Assembly: GCF_009914755.1 (NCBI RefSeq)
Contig: NC_060931.1
DNA from: the human T2T-CHM13v2.0 reference genome, Homo sapiens
DNA: 64,000 nt
Strand: one strand, 5' to 3'
Shown: positions 1-22,662 of the stretch, in pieces
How positions within the stretch are numbered: the first letter of the stretch is position 1
How the letters are laid out: each line of letters opens with the position of its first letter
Position numbers and translations under genes: made by a program
Notes under the pieces: generated by a model
The model's database searches: none
Seen by the model: only the letters and a program-made list of their open reading frames with translations
Told to the model about the DNA's origin: nothing

Positions 1-98
1 TAGGTTTAAATATCATGTATTGGTGTTTGATTCTCATATTTTATCCAGCTCAAATCTGTCTCCTATATACTAGATTCATATATACAACTGCCTGCTGA

Positions 99-433
<335 letters not shown>

Positions 434-895
434 CATAGACATCTCAAACCTCCCATGTATTAAAAACTGAACTCCTCAGTTCCAACCTTACCCATCTTCA
501 GTCTATTCTCAACACTACAGCCAAATGTATTCTTTTAAAATAAGTCATGTCATATCATTTCACTGCCTAAAACCTTCCAGTGGCTTCCCAATCTCACTCT
601 TAGGTAAAGCCTAAAGTTCTTACAATGGCCTACATTTCTGTTCACCTCTCTACTTCCCCAAACCTCCTCCCTCCCCGAGATGTTCATTTCACTCTGGCCT
701 TACTAGCCTCCTACTGTTATTTTGAAACATGCCATGCACTCTCCTGCTTCGAGACCTTTGTACCTGTTCCCTCTACTTGGAATGCTCTTTTTCCAGATAC
801 ATGCATTGCTGGCTACCTTACCTCCTTCAGTTCTTCACCAAAAATTATCAACTTCTCACTGAATCCTATCCTGGCTACTCTTTTAAATTGTACCC

Positions 896-1115
896 AGCAT
901 GGTGACTATAGTTACAACAATGTGTTGTATTCTAGAAAATTGCTAAGACAACAGATTTTAAGTGTTCTCACCACAAAGAAATGATAGGGATATGAGATAA
1001 TGCATATGTTAATTATCTCTGTTGAGCCATTCCACAATGTGTACATATCTCAAAACATCATGTTATACACATAAATATATACAATTTTTGTCAATTAAAA
1101 ATTAATTCATTAAAA
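896..1115 (+). mobile_element. L1MA-type 3' end fragment
   Basis: 'ggtgactatagtta...ttaagtgttctcaccaca...ccattccacaatgt...aaacatcatgtt' matches the recalled L1MA 3'UTR. Confidence 0.7.
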
Positions 1116-1679
1116 GTAAATATGATACAGAACTCCACCCAACATTCTCTGTCAAATTTTCCTCCTTTATTTTTCTTCATAGCACTTATCATATAACATA
1201 TATATGATAATATATATCATATATATTATGTTGCTAATATGTTTTGCTAATATATCATATATATGATAATATATATCATATATATTATGTTGCTAATATG
1301 TTGCTAATATGTTTTGGTCTTTTCCTTTCTATTTAAATGCAGGATCCATGAGAACAGAGATTTTTTTTTTTTCTGTTTTACATTGCTCTATTCCCAGCAC
1401 TTAGAACTGTGTTTGACACAGAAGAGGTACTCAATAAATAAATATTGGTGAAAGGTGTTCAGAGACGTTATACTTTTATACCCTTGTTGAGGTCCCTAAT
1501 ATACTCAGTGTGTATGAACAACAAAAGCAGGTTTATGAGATTTCAAAAAAAGATACTTTCCTGTCCAAAGTGCTTGTTTTGCTGAAGATACTCAGAGGCT
1601 TACATAGGCTCTAGCCTCGTCTCCCTTCCTAAGGCTCCTAGTACTAAGTTTTGCCATGCTTTCATTTAGGAACCTCTGC

Positions 1680-1878
1680 CAGCTTTTCTCAACCAGGGAT
1701 CCTCATCTGAATCACAGAACACAGAAAATGATTTTATAGACTTTTCTTAATTTTCCAAAAGATGATACATAACTAGTACTTTCCAGATGCGTAGGAGAGA
1801 AGTTAATTCATTATGTACAATGGATGCTTCAAGGCATTAGGACTTAATTTCTAGCAGAACCCAGGTTGAAAAACGCTG
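1680..1878. mobile_element. hAT-Charlie-type MITE
   Basis: Terminal inverted repeats CAGCTTTTCTCAACCAGGG at the left end and CCCAGGTTGAAAAACGCTG at the right end. Confidence 0.6.
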
Positions 1879-3154
1879 CATTAATCCACGAAACTATTTT
1901 ATAAGAAGCAAACTTCTAAAAAACTCTTCCCCTAAGGAAAAAAACCTCATAAAAACAAATGAACAGAAGAGACTTCTTTTTTAATCAGACCGTTCTCAGT
2001 GATATATTTCTGAATAAGCTGTCTTTGCAATGAGTTACTTGGTTAAGGATGAGGAAAGAAGACAGAAGTCCCTTCTTCACGATTGGTTCTTTTTGTTCCC
2101 AAACTCTACAATTCTTATAAAGTTTGAGATATTTTCAGATTTTTCCAAACAACAAAATTTTGTGTTTGTATTTGGGATGCTAGCATAGCTTTTTACACAT
2201 TTCCAGAGTGTTACTCATCAGTGAAGTCTGCTATAACCCGACACACAGGTCCCTACTGTTATTTCCATTACCAAATGAATAGGTTAGGCCCAAGAGGAAT
2301 TGCCTGACATAAAATAGTCTAATAGGACTAATTCAGTCAGGGTTCTGACTGCTGCTTCTCCTAGCAGTAACTCACAGTATCACAGCTGCTGAGAGGTAAA
2401 GCTTAATCAGGCTTGAATCATAAAATGTGTATACATGTTCTGTGAGATAGATTGTGGATTCTTGATTCATCATGCTGTCTTTTGATTTTGGAAAATAATG
2501 AAACAAGATAACATCCCATAGTAAAGTTATATTGTACTTCATACTACTTTTCTACGTAGAAACTGAACCCTTTTGGTTATCATCTCATTTATTCGTAAGA
2601 TTTTTCCGGTGGTAGTTGGGGGAAAGAGAGAGCATGAGGAAAGAGGGAATCTGTTACAGTTTACAGTTGGATAAATTGAAAATTGGTCACTTAACCACTT
2701 AGGGTTGAAGCTAGATCTAGGATCTCAGGACTACTTTAGTAGGTTATTGGTTGTTCTTGTTTATTTAAATTATGACTCTGGGCTTTAGAGTATGCTGACA
2801 ATTACAAATATTTTAGAAACTCTGTTCAAGTGTGTTTGTACATACGTGTTGGGTTTCTCTAAATTTTCCTAGGAACAGTCCTTAATACTATCTCAACTGT
2901 CATCATGAGTTTGTTACTCTGTGGCAGAAATGAGTACGGATTCAAAGAATAAATGAGTAAATTTATTTATTCATTTATTTATAATTCATTCATTTATAAT
3001 TCAGCAATAACCTTTCCACTGTGTTTGCAGAACTAATAATATATTCTCTTGGTCTGGATCTGTCAGCCATGTCGTATCCACATAGTAGTACAATCTAGAC
3101 AACTGATATTTTTGGTTCTTACCTGATAGCAGGTCCGTATAAAGGGCTCTTTGA

Positions 3155-3449
<295 letters not shown>

Positions 3450-5938
3450 GGGATCTTTGAAAACAAATACATTTTGGCTCAAAGAAAAACATTGGTTGAA
3501 TTAACTGTAACTACTTGACTCCTGTTAAGAAAGTAAAACACTGTTTTTTCCAGGTTTTAGAATAGAGAAGTGGTGTAAAGATTTTTTTCTTTGAGTTGGT
3601 GTGGGGAAATGGTAAAGCCAGAAATTGGAATGCTTCTCTTAAGGGGAAATTTTCAAATTTTGTTTTGCTTTTTGGTTTTCTTCTGACTCATTCTTAGAAA
3701 CTAAAGAGGCATAGGAAGGGCAATCTCTTCTGGGTAGAGTTAGGACTCCAGTCTCAACCTCTCAAATCACTGCCAGCCAACCACCTGCTGTTTGGGTAGA
3801 TTAGTAGGAGATGATGGAGGTATAAAAAAAGATAAACTGCTAAATGATTATGTATGTATATCATTCTTTTCCCATTCAAAATCTTAAAGCTGAGTAAGAA
3901 CCCTTAAAGATGTTATATCTGGAACTGAATTTAAAATATGTGCTAAAGTGGGTAATATCAGGTATCATTTATTGAGTGCTTAATTACTGTATGCCAAGCA
4001 TTGCAGTAAACACTTTACATACATTATCTTACTTAATCTGCTTAACAACTTGACTCTGACAAGTCATGTTCTCCTATTATATAGTCTTATGACATCCTGA
4101 TTTCTGCTTTATAGCACACATTACAGATGTATTTTTTAAAGCTCTAAATAATTAATTTTGTAACTAGTTATTTCTTTTTTGACTCACTGACTAGACTGAA
4201 AACTCCATGAAGATAAGGACCATCTATATCTGTCCTGTATTTCCAGCACCTAGGCTATGCCTAGTACATAATAGATGCATAACTAAAATTTGAATAAACA
4301 CCTGAGTGTGTGAATGACTGAATACGTGAATAAATTAACAACTCTTTCAAACGGATCAGCTCCACTTTATACACCCAAAAACAGAGACTGAGACTTAAAC
4401 CAAAGACTGACTCCAGAACACATGACCGCTATATTTAAATGGCCATTGGGAAGCATAAAAATCATCATGACTCTGAAAAAGAATTTGAGATTTCAGGATA
4501 TTCTGAATATGAACACTTTCTTCAAAAGTAATTTTCCATAAATCTGGATCGGGATTAGAGATGGCTGTTATCTTTTTATCTCTCAGGTGGTAGAAGCATG
4601 GTTCCCCTAAGCCTCTGATTTATTAGGTATTTCTGAATATTGATTAGTAAAACAGATGACTTCCCAGAAAGCTGTGTCTGGGTTCTGTTGCCAAAAGTAC
4701 TTTGAGCTTTCACTCACCCTAGGAGAGGGAACCACAAACTTTTTGTACAGATTAGCTCCTTTCAAGAACAAAAGTCTCTTTGGGGATTTACTAATTCCCT
4801 CACCTCCCCTGGTGCCCATGTTCATTCCTGTTGCCTCGTGTTAGGACTTTGCTCCAGCTCCAAAAGAGATTCTGAAGCCCCTGCTGCCCAAATGGTTTGT
4901 AGTGCCATGCCTGATTAACTGGGCAAGGTCAGACTTGCCTTTTACAGCCCTCGCAGAGGTAGACCCTTTGCTAAGAAATCTCAGAAATGCCTTAATTCTC
5001 TGCATATAAGTAGATCAGAGCATCGTAGACCGTAGGCACTCTGAGCTTTCACAGTTTTCTACCCTTAAAAGTGATGGCAGTACTTATTCCATTGAGAGAT
5101 ACAAAGCGTTTTCTAGAGAGTGTTTCTTAACCCCCCAAAAAACTTGGGGGTTAAGAACTATCTTCAGAAGCTCAAACACAAATCAGGGAAGGACACTGCT
5201 TCAAATAATCTAGCAAATGGTTAGTAACTACAGAATCCTATGAAGACTAAAAAGACCCCAGCTAAGCATGTGAATAGTAGTAGCAGCAGCTGCCTGTTAA
5301 CCACGATAAAAAGTTTTAGGCCTTTCACACTCTAGTATATGTTGCTAAATGGATTAGTTATCAGAGCATTTTATTGTACCAAAGGAGGATTTATTCACTT
5401 CTTTGGGAGTCTAAAATGCCTAACGCCAGACCTACTGAGGCCAGCAAGAAGGGAGAGCACATTGAATACTTCATTGTCAATGTCTAATTGGGTCTGCAGG
5501 CACAATTCAGCCTCATCAGAGTCCGTCTTAAAAAAGAAAGCTCTGTTAGGTCAGACAAATACTTTTTGTGTGGTTCTTAATTACTTTCCCATGGATTCCT
5601 TGTTTTCTAGGTCTTATCTGTTCAGTAATTGTACTAAAACACAAATTATATCAAACATTTAAGCAGCACACAGAGCAGAGTAGTTAGAATCCCAAAAACC
5701 CATATGTTAATGACCACGATCTTGCATTAGGAACTTTAACCTAATGCTACCATGGTGTAACCTTTTCTTTTTGCGTATTCAAGGACCTCTGCGTGTTCTG
5801 AAGATAAAGTTAGCCCTACATTTCAAGTTAAGGCTATCCAGGAAGAATGTCTTTGGCAATCTCTTTCAGCTTCCCTCTTCTGGCATGTGTATAGCCTGCA
5901 GGTACTTAACAGAGGTAAAAAAATTTATATGGTGCTAG

Positions 5939-6229
<291 letters not shown>

Positions 6230-6580
6230 TAATCCCTTTTTATGTCTGGGGTCTGGTAGCTTGTGAAATTTCTATGTGATAAGAATACTTATAACAAAAG
6301 AAATGTGAGTTCAAGAAACACTGGGGAAATCTGGCAAGTCTAGAAGGAACCCTGTATTAAAAAAAAAAAAAAAAAAAGGGAGAGAGACTGGATAAGGACT
6401 GGAATATAGAGAATCAGAACCCTGGAGCATTTGCCTCCAAAAGCCCTTTATAAAGGAAAATACAGGTTTAATGTCTTGATCCCTGGAGAAACCTAATCTA
6501 ACCTGATCAGGGGAAGGATCTTAACTTAAGAAAACAAGTTTTTCTGTTTGTTCTTTTATCTCTTATTCCTTCTTCTTTAA

Positions 6581-6733
<153 letters not shown>

Positions 6734-6962
6734 TAATTACAATAGTTAATAATAGCCACGAGCTACTGAAAGCTTACAACATGCCAAGCACCGAGTTAAG
6801 AGCTTAACAAGTATTAGCTTATTAATCCTTATAATGGCCATATAAAGCAGGTATTCTTGTTTCCATTTTATAAACGAAGAAGCTGAGGCTCAGAGGGCTT
6901 AAGATATTTGTTTAAGGTTATACAGCTAGAAATCACAGAGTCAAGATTTTAACTTCAATATA

Positions 6963-7490
6963 CAGTAGTCCCCCTGCCTTGTCTGTGGGGGATAAGTTTC
7001 AAGACCCCTAGTGGACACCTGAAACTTCAGACAGTACTGAACCCTATATATACTATGTTTTTTCCTATACATATATACCTATAATCAAGTTTAATTTATG
7101 CAATTGGCCCTGCATGTCCACCAGTTCTGCTTCCTGAGGATTTGACCAACTGCAGATCAAAAATATTCAGAAAATAAAATAATACAACAATACAAAATAA
7201 CAAGAAATATAACAACTATTTACATAGCATTTACACTGTATTGGGTACTATAAATAACCTAGAGATGCTTTAAAATATACAGAAGGATGTGCACAGATTA
7301 TATGCAAACACTGCATCATTTTATATAAGGGACATGAGCATCCTCAGATTTTGGTATCCATGGGAGTGCTGGAATAAATCCCCTGAGGATACTGAGAGAC
7401 AGCTATAAATTCAGCACAGTAAGAAATGAACAACAGTAACTCAAAATAAAAGAGAGCAATTACAACAACAGACTGTAATAAAAGTTATGT
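6963..7490. mobile_element. MER44/Tigger7-type DNA transposon fragment with a nested MER2
   Basis: Begins TA|CAGTAGTCCCCC; host sequence '...aagtttaattta' resumes as 'taaattcagcacagtaag' after the insert. Confidence 0.65.
7101..7404 (-). mobile_element. MER2 (Tigger-derived MITE)
   Basis: 'caactatttacatagcatttaca...ctagagatg...ttttatataagggac...ttttggtatcc...gatactgag' is the reverse complement of the recalled MER2 consensus. Confidence 0.75.
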
Positions 7491-9218
7491 CACATAAAGG
7501 AATTTATCACAGTACATAGCAGAAAGTCCAAAGGGAAGGCAGACTTCAGATGCAGGATCTCAGGGCTCCAGCTTCACCTCTCTGATTCTCTTGGAGCTGC
7601 CTCCTCAGTATGCTTACTTCACCCTAAAGCTGATAGCAAGATGCTTACAACTATTCTAGTCATCACAAACTGACATGAAAAGGAAGAGGGACCATTTCTT
7701 CCTCACTCAAGAGAAGTCCCTCCAGGATACTCCATCGTGTCTCATTGGGCAGAACTGGATCATGTATCTGTGCTCCACCAGTCCTACCGAGGGGCGTGGA
7801 ATTACCATGATTTGCTTACACCAGTGATTCCTACCTTACTCTCATCAGTTTTAATGTCCCCTTTTTATTAAAAAACTTTTTTTTTGCAGTGTCCCTGAAC
7901 TATCCTGAAATGAAATTCAGATATAACATGTCCAGGTACATATAATCTTTAAAAATAAATCAATATAAAATCTTAACTGAAATATGAAGGAGGAATAAAA
8001 AAAGTACAATACTTAAAATAATGTGTATTTCAATATGTAAATACTTGAGGACAACTATAGTAGAACAATCAGATATTTGTACTATTTCACAGTATTATTT
8101 GAAATAGTATTATTTGAAGACAGAAATAAATGTGTTATTGATTCCAGAGCATCAGAGCAGCATTGCCATGATTTTCTGAAATAGTAAACAACTTTTTGTA
8201 ATCTTCTAAACAATAAGAACAACAAAAAGTATGAGTTTTCTCTTCATTTACATAGCTGTTACATTCCTGGAAAAACTATTGTTTTGTATTAAAACTACAA
8301 AACTACTTTTTGCTAATTTGTAAAGTGGAATTAGGTTCTAAACTCAGATAATTGTAGATAGGTTTTTCACCCATGGGAACTTTTATTGGGACATTTGAAA
8401 ATTGTACCAGCTGCAACACAGTTTTTTGTTGAGACACTTTCAAAATGTCCAGATTCCTGGTCCTGCCCACTAAATGCCAATAGCACTCCCCTTCCAATTA
8501 TTGTGGCAACCAAAAATGCCCCCACAATTTTCTAGATCTCCTCTTTTATCACCAGAGATGCAATATATATGGAGTTGCTAACCATAATGAGACCACTATC
8601 GGGAAATTGTTATATTGAGCAGTGGTCTGGAATCTTTTATGGGGATTCATAAGATCTGGGTCATCTGTGTGGCTAGATCAGCTTTCCAAAGATTGTCTCT
8701 CCCAAAGCACAACACTTATGTGGTCACATTCCTGATTAAGAACATTAGAGATTCCTCAAGGTACAGACAGCTTCTATTAGCATCTTCACTATGAAACTTT
8801 TCTGGGTTATGTGTTCTCTGAGGACAAGAGTACCCTGACTGCTCAAAATTAATATAATAAATTGAAAAGCTATCTGTTTTGGAGCTACAAACTAATGAAT
8901 CAAGACAGAAACACTCTTGAATCTTTTTTGGCCTGCTCAGTCAGCGACATGAGACTTCAGTGTGGTAGCTTAAAATAGTAAGTGCTTCTCTACTGTCTCA
9001 TGTTGCTGAATTACATCTAGTTTGTTTTTTACCCTTAGGCTCAGTGAGCATTACCACCTTTCATGGTTCCCTTTCTATTTTTTTCCTGAATGGATTGATC
9101 ACAATTAGCTTACCAATTTTAATATTAATTTATTGTTTCCACCCCACATTTTTTTCCTTTAAAAAAATAACGACAAAGAAATTATGCTTTGTTTGCCAAC
9201 CTAATACTCTTTCACTCT

Positions 9219-9584
9219 TGTCTTAGTTCATTTGGGCTGCTATAACAAAATACCTTAGACTGGGTAATTAATAAACAATAGATATTTATTGTTCACAGTT
9301 CTGGAGGCTAGGAAGTCCAAGATCAAGGCGCCAGCAGATTCAGTATCTGGTGAGGGCCTGTTCCTTATAGATGGCGCTTTCTATGTGCCCTCACATGGCC
9401 AAAGGGGCAAGCAAGCTTCCTCAGGCTTGTTTTATAAGTACACTAATCCCATTTGTGAGGGCAGAAATCTCATGTCTAATCACCTTCCAATCACTTCCAT
9501 AATCACCTTTTAATACCATCGCCTAGGGGGTTAGTTTTTAACATATGACTCTGGGGGAGGAGAACATACATTCAGACCATAGCA
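9219..9584 (-). mobile_element. MaLR solo LTR (MLT1A/MST-type)
   Basis: TG...CA ends; 'tgtcttagttcatttgggctgctataacaaaatacc...gaagtccaagatcaagg...ttcagaccatagca'. Confidence 0.85.
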
Positions 9585-13848
<4,264 letters not shown>

Positions 13849-13984
13849 TAAGGTGGGAGCTTCTCTTGTAGCTTTGTATGTTCTAAGCAGAAGCAGAACT
13901 GTAAATCTGTTTTTTCAGAAAAGTTTTGGCTCTGAAGTCCTTGGTTTATTAAATCTTATGGGGAAGCTTAATTTAAATTGGTAA

Positions 13985-14368
<384 letters not shown>

Positions 14369-14984
14369 TAAATCTTTAAAGAAGGTTGACAATAAAAGAA
14401 CTATCTTGGAAGAAATGGATCTCGATTCTTCATGAATTTGCTCTTTTTCTGGCCTTCGCTTGTCAAATATGATCTAGTTAACTTTGCTATTTTACAGTTG
14501 ACAAATATCTACCTATGTCTAATATTCTATTGTTAGGTAATGCTTTGTTTTAACTCACTAATTCACTAATAGCAGAGCACTAGTGAACACTACTCACTGA
14601 GGTAACATGGATTAAAGGAGAAAATGCTTCAGCCATAGTTTTGTGACTCTGTTGGTTTTCCAGCAAGTAATTTGCCCTGACTTAATGTTTGGTGTTTCTG
14701 CTTCAGGAGTAAAGAAGACTTGACCTGGCAGATTAATATTTGATCACAACATCCACTGGTACTTGATGGACAAAAGAAATAGAGAAATTTGGACTTTGCC
14801 AGCCTCTTGCCTTTACTCTTTGGCAGTACAGCTAGCACTCTCAGCATTTCATTTGTTCTTTCATTTTAATTTACTTATTTATAAGATTTTATGGCTGTAT
14901 ATATGATAGAAAAATATTTAATACTTTATTAATACAAATATTAAATGTGTACCCCAGTGAATTGTACATACGCATTCATTTCTT

Positions 14985-17015
<2,031 letters not shown>

Positions 17016-17163
17016 TAAACAACTGTCATACTTTTGTCCATTCTGCTTGTCCTCCTTGGGCTAATAAGAGCAGAATGACCAACAAAGACAAAGGAATGGA
17101 TAAAGGGGCTGAAGGCAACGCCAATCAGTGAAGAATGTCAATCCAAGGAGTATAGCAGAATGA

Positions 17164-17388
<225 letters not shown>

Positions 17389-18022
17389 TAGGGGTCAGGA
17401 ATGGGGATGGGTGGAGGTTATGGCCTAGGAGAGGGTTTCCCAACAAGAAGGAAGGAAAATGGCTTCATTTCTATCTGATATACCTGGGTTTCCAGCAGAA
17501 CTAGATTCTTATGCTACGGGTACCCCAAGAGTATTGAAGCTCTTATAACCTCAGAGTGCCTTAATTATTGGTTCTAATGTTGGAAGCATTTATATTCATT
17601 AGAAACATTAAAGCACTGCCCAGGATTCACATGTGGCTGGTTAAAAAACAATAGTAATGAGTTTCCATCCCCTGCTACTGCCTACTTCCCACCCCTTACA
17701 ACAACCAAAAAACCCAAACAAACCACCCCAGAACTCTGGAGATACTTAGCCTTCTCTCTAGAATCCATATACTTGTAATGTTAGTCAGGACTAGAAAAAA
17801 AATAAAAATAATATTCATATAATGAATTTATAGTAAACCTGAAGAGCTTACAAGTTCAAATTTCTTCTCTTTATATTCTTTCCCCACATTAAAAAAGACG
17901 AGATGAAGTTTTAGGGTTTTAATTTTTGCTTCATTTTTATTTTTGTTTTATTTTTTAGAAGATCAAGTCTTGAAGCCTCATAGCACATTAGATTTGCAAA
18001 GAGGCAAAAAGCTACACAAAGG

Positions 18023-18330
18023 GCCAGGTGTGGTGGCCTGTAATCCCAGCACTTTGGGAGCCCAAGGCAGGTGGATTACTTCAGCCCAGGAGTTCGAGAC
18101 CAGCCTGGGCAACATAGGCTTTCTACAAAAAATACAAAAATTAGCAGGATGTGTTGGCATGCACCTGTAGTAGTAGTCCCAGCTACTTAGGAGGCTGGGA
18201 CTCCTAAGTGGGAGGATCACTTGAGCCCAGGAGGTGGAGGTTGCAGTGAGCCGAGATCACACCACTGCAGTCCAGCCTGGGTGAGAGAGTGAAACCATGC
18301 CCCCATCCCAGTGCCCCCCCCCAAAAAAGC
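18023..18330 (+). mobile_element. Alu (diverged)
   Basis: Alu arms; flanking repeat aaaaagctacacaaag. Confidence 0.85.
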
Positions 18331-20337
18331 TACACAAAGTATAAGGTGCTCCTATTTTGCAAATAATTCTGCCCTCTCCCCTAGGGGGAGGGGGCAGAAA
18401 TTAGGGAATGTACTGAGAAAAGAATCCCTGAAGCTCTAGTCCAACCATTGCTTGCTGCTGAAGGCTGCAGAGCAGGCCTCACTTGGTGCATGGCAGAGAA
18501 GTAGCTTCTTTCTGAATTCTGTGATCCAGGTCACACTGCACCAGGCTTGTTTGAGGAAGCTGGGTTAGAGCTTCATATCCTAAAGGGGTGGGGGAGCAGA
18601 GTTGACAGTGGCTGTAAGATGAGTCAGCTCATTCCAACAGTTTTAATAGTGACACAAGGGAGTGTGACTGACAGATGCTGAAGCAGATATGCCAGGGGGT
18701 TTCTCCTGGGAATAAAACATTGATTTTTAAAGTCAGGAACCCAGGGAGGACATTAGGATTATACCTGGAGAACTTTTACAAACTGTAGAACCAGCACAAA
18801 CTGCTAGGAAGGTTAATAAAGAGAGTAAGACAAGGACAAAAACAGTTGTCACCCCAGAAAACAGGACCCATACCTGTTTGGATTCTGTCAAGATTTAGTA
18901 CTTCTCCTTGCTTCCCAACCTCTGGAAGATTTCCTGATGACAATAATTTTCTGCAGTAGATTTATATGGTGAGAATTATGGGCAGCATTCATTAAGTAAA
19001 TCTTAGAGACAGCAACTACTGTCTCTAGTGGATAAGAATAGTGAAACTTACAACACAGAGTTTCCAGTTGTTCAATCTCTCTTGTCTCTTATCTTTTCTG
19101 TGGAAGGGAAAACTTCATCAGGGATTCCATACATGGAGAATGGGAGAGAGAAACTCAGAAGAGCTTTTTGCTTTCTTGGGGCATCTGTTCTGGGGGTTTC
19201 TACTTGTAGTATGGAGCAAGTACAAGAGCTTTGATGAGAGTCCTAACTTGGATCCTGGTTCTCAAGCAAGGTTTGAGTGAGAGAAAATAGGTCAACAGCA
19301 AGAGCAAAAGCAAAAAAGAGATCAGGTGGTAGACATGAGGTTGGGGATTTTGTGTACTCTGGGGTCCAGAATGGCAGTTTTGGCACTTATAGTAGAGTTG
19401 ATAATTGATGAGACTGCAAGATGGGTGCATGTCAGCAGAGGGCAACCCAGTTCTGTGGGACTTTCCAGGAGGATGGGTATAACAATTTGCAGAGTCCTGC
19501 TAAACACTTCTGACAGCCTAGGGAAGGACTGAAGTGTCACAGCCTCGTGCCTAACAATGTTCTAAGCTGGTTTTTCTTTAGTTTTATAATTCAAAAGCTT
19601 TTCTCTGCTGATGAAAGCTCCAGTGGGCACAGCGTTGTGTTTATCTTTAATCCCAACCTGAAATAGTGATAGATGAGCTGTTCAGAGGCATGCTTGCACA
19701 CCTACATGCTGCACGGTTCCCTGGTTATTTTTAATTTGGTTTGTACAGAGTGTGAGGTTGTGCTAGGCAAAACCCTACAGTGCTGCCTGATATTTTGGGT
19801 GGGAGAGTGCCTATACTTTGGGAGAAGAAAAGGATTAAGGAATACAGTTTTATAAACCATTGTTCTGACAGGGAGACTTAATTATCTGACCATTTATTGA
19901 TTTATTTTTCTTTTTTTTCTCAAGAGGCTGTGTAAACTGAGGCTGTTTATTTAAACTAAGTCTTGACTGAATATATTTAAAGTCCCTTTAGGCTTTCTGA
20001 ATACCTATAGTAGATTCAAGATCTAGTGGCCTAGTAACTACAAGTTACCAATCCATAAGAAAATCCTCGGTTAGTTGCTGTATATTTTGATACAGTAGAT
20101 ATGTCACGGGGAGGGTCGTTTGGCTGCGCGAATTACAATTGGCCTTTCTCCTCTCATTGTCTTTTACTTCAATATAATGACTATTTGGCAGATTATTGTA
20201 TTTACTCTGGCTTTAAGTTACTTTGCATAACCATATGGGAAATTTTAAATATCTGTAAATTGCTAATTAGATTGGGATGCAAGACCCAGAGAAGCACTGA
20301 AGCCTTGAGACTTCAGCAAAGTGAATGATGTTATTGA

Positions 20338-20460
<123 letters not shown>

Positions 20461-20555
20461 TAAGATTTGACATGGGCATACCTGGTTTTATGCAGTCTAG
20501 ACATAAAATCTTATAAACACATACCTATAAAACACATGTTAAAAATTGGAGCCTG

Positions 20556-20943
<388 letters not shown>

Positions 20944-22015
20944 GTTTTTTTTTTTTAATTAACAACACAAATAATGAACCTAAAATAGTGAGAAGGGGGC
21001 AGGTGGGAGAACAAGTGAAGTCCTCATGTTTTCTAGTGATTGTAAACAATTAACTTGTCCTTTTTGGACACATATATTCATTCATTCATTCAACAAATAT
21101 TTATTGAACTTCTACAATGAATGAGGAACTGCTCTAGATGCTAGGAATCTAGCAGTAGACAAAACAGACAGAAAAAAACTCTGCCATCTTAGAGCTTACA
21201 TTCTTACATGGAGAGCAAGGATGTAGGGTTCTGCTTCTCAAATGAGTAATAATTCTCTGAGTAAAATTGGAATTATTTCAGTTCAATTTCTGTGATCATT
21301 TCTATGATTTATTTCACCCATAAAGAACTAAAAGTATGAAAAAAAAAAGTTGTAGGGAAGTAAATTCTGAACCAGCCACCATCACTGCTTCAATACATTA
21401 TCATCTTTTTGAATGTACAAAACTGAGGTCAGGAGTTCAAGACCAGCCTGGCCAACGTGGTGAAACCCCGTCTCTACTAAAAATACAAAAATTAGCTGAG
21501 TGTGGTGGCGGGCGCCTATAATCCCAGCTACTCAGGAGTCTGAAGCACAAAAATCGCTTGAACCCTGGAGGCAGAGGTTGCAGTAAGCTGAGATCACACC
21601 ATTGCTCTCCAGCGGGGACAACAAGAGTGAAACTCCATCTCAAAACAAACAAACAAACAATAAAAGCACAAACAGCCAGGCGTAGTCTCATGCACTTGTA
21701 GTTCTGGCAGGCAGGGAGACCAGTGCAGATTTAGTGAACATTGTACCTAGTAGGTAATTTTTCAACCTTCAACCCGCTCCCACTCTCCCACTTTTTATAG
21801 TCTCCAGTGAAGGCCTTAAAATTTAGAGGTGGGTCAAGGATTTCCCCCACATGACTTTTGAATAAAATCTTTATTGTGAAGCTATATATGCAGGCTCTAG
21901 AAAGATATTCTTTATTTCTCAGTGGCCACCTAACAGGATGAAACTAGTCATGTCTCATGGTCTCATGCCTACCCAATCAACGTATTTCTGGGGCCTCCTA
22001 TGAAAGCAATGGTAG

Positions 22016-22180
<165 letters not shown>

Positions 22181-22600
22181 TAATGTTTATTATCTTTGAG
22201 ATGAAGTTGTGATGTCCAGTTGAGATTCTAAGTTTTTTGGCTTTGGTTATTTCTGGAAAGGATTCATGTAGCACCTCTGGATAATGTCTCCATAAAGCCA
22301 GAGCTTTGTCACCTCGTAAATTAAAATTACATTATTTTTATTTTCTCCTTTGTATCTTTTCTATTTCTAAATATTATATTTTCAAAATATTATCTAATAA
22401 ATGTATGTTGCTTTTATGTTTAAAAGTTACTGTGTTATCTACATCTTCTTCCTTTCTGCACCACTTGCAAGAAAGGGGAAAAAAAAAGGAAAAAAACCCT
22501 TACATATAGGATTGGTTAGATGGCAGGGAGTGAGAAAATATGTATTTTATTTAACCTTCCTGTCTGGTCATTAGTTTCTCTAGGATAGAAACCAGACTTT

Positions 22601-22662
22601 CAGTGTTACAGGTCTTTTAGAATTTGTCTAGCAGGTTTTCTGGTCTTTACCAGAAAACCCCT
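22601..22662 (+). pseudogene. U7 snRNA retropseudogene (RNU7 family) with A-tail and 14-bp TSD
   Basis: CAGTGTTACAGgTCTTTTAG, Sm site AATTTGTCTAG and 3' hairpin, then an A-rich tail; TSD agaaaccagacttt at 22587-22600 and 22675-22688. Confidence 0.92.

Noticed and set aside
20103-20135. Small CpG cluster (gtcacggggagggtcgtttggctgcgcg) in an AT-rich intron
   Set aside because: Too short to call; no RNA gene, repeat or motif I can recognise
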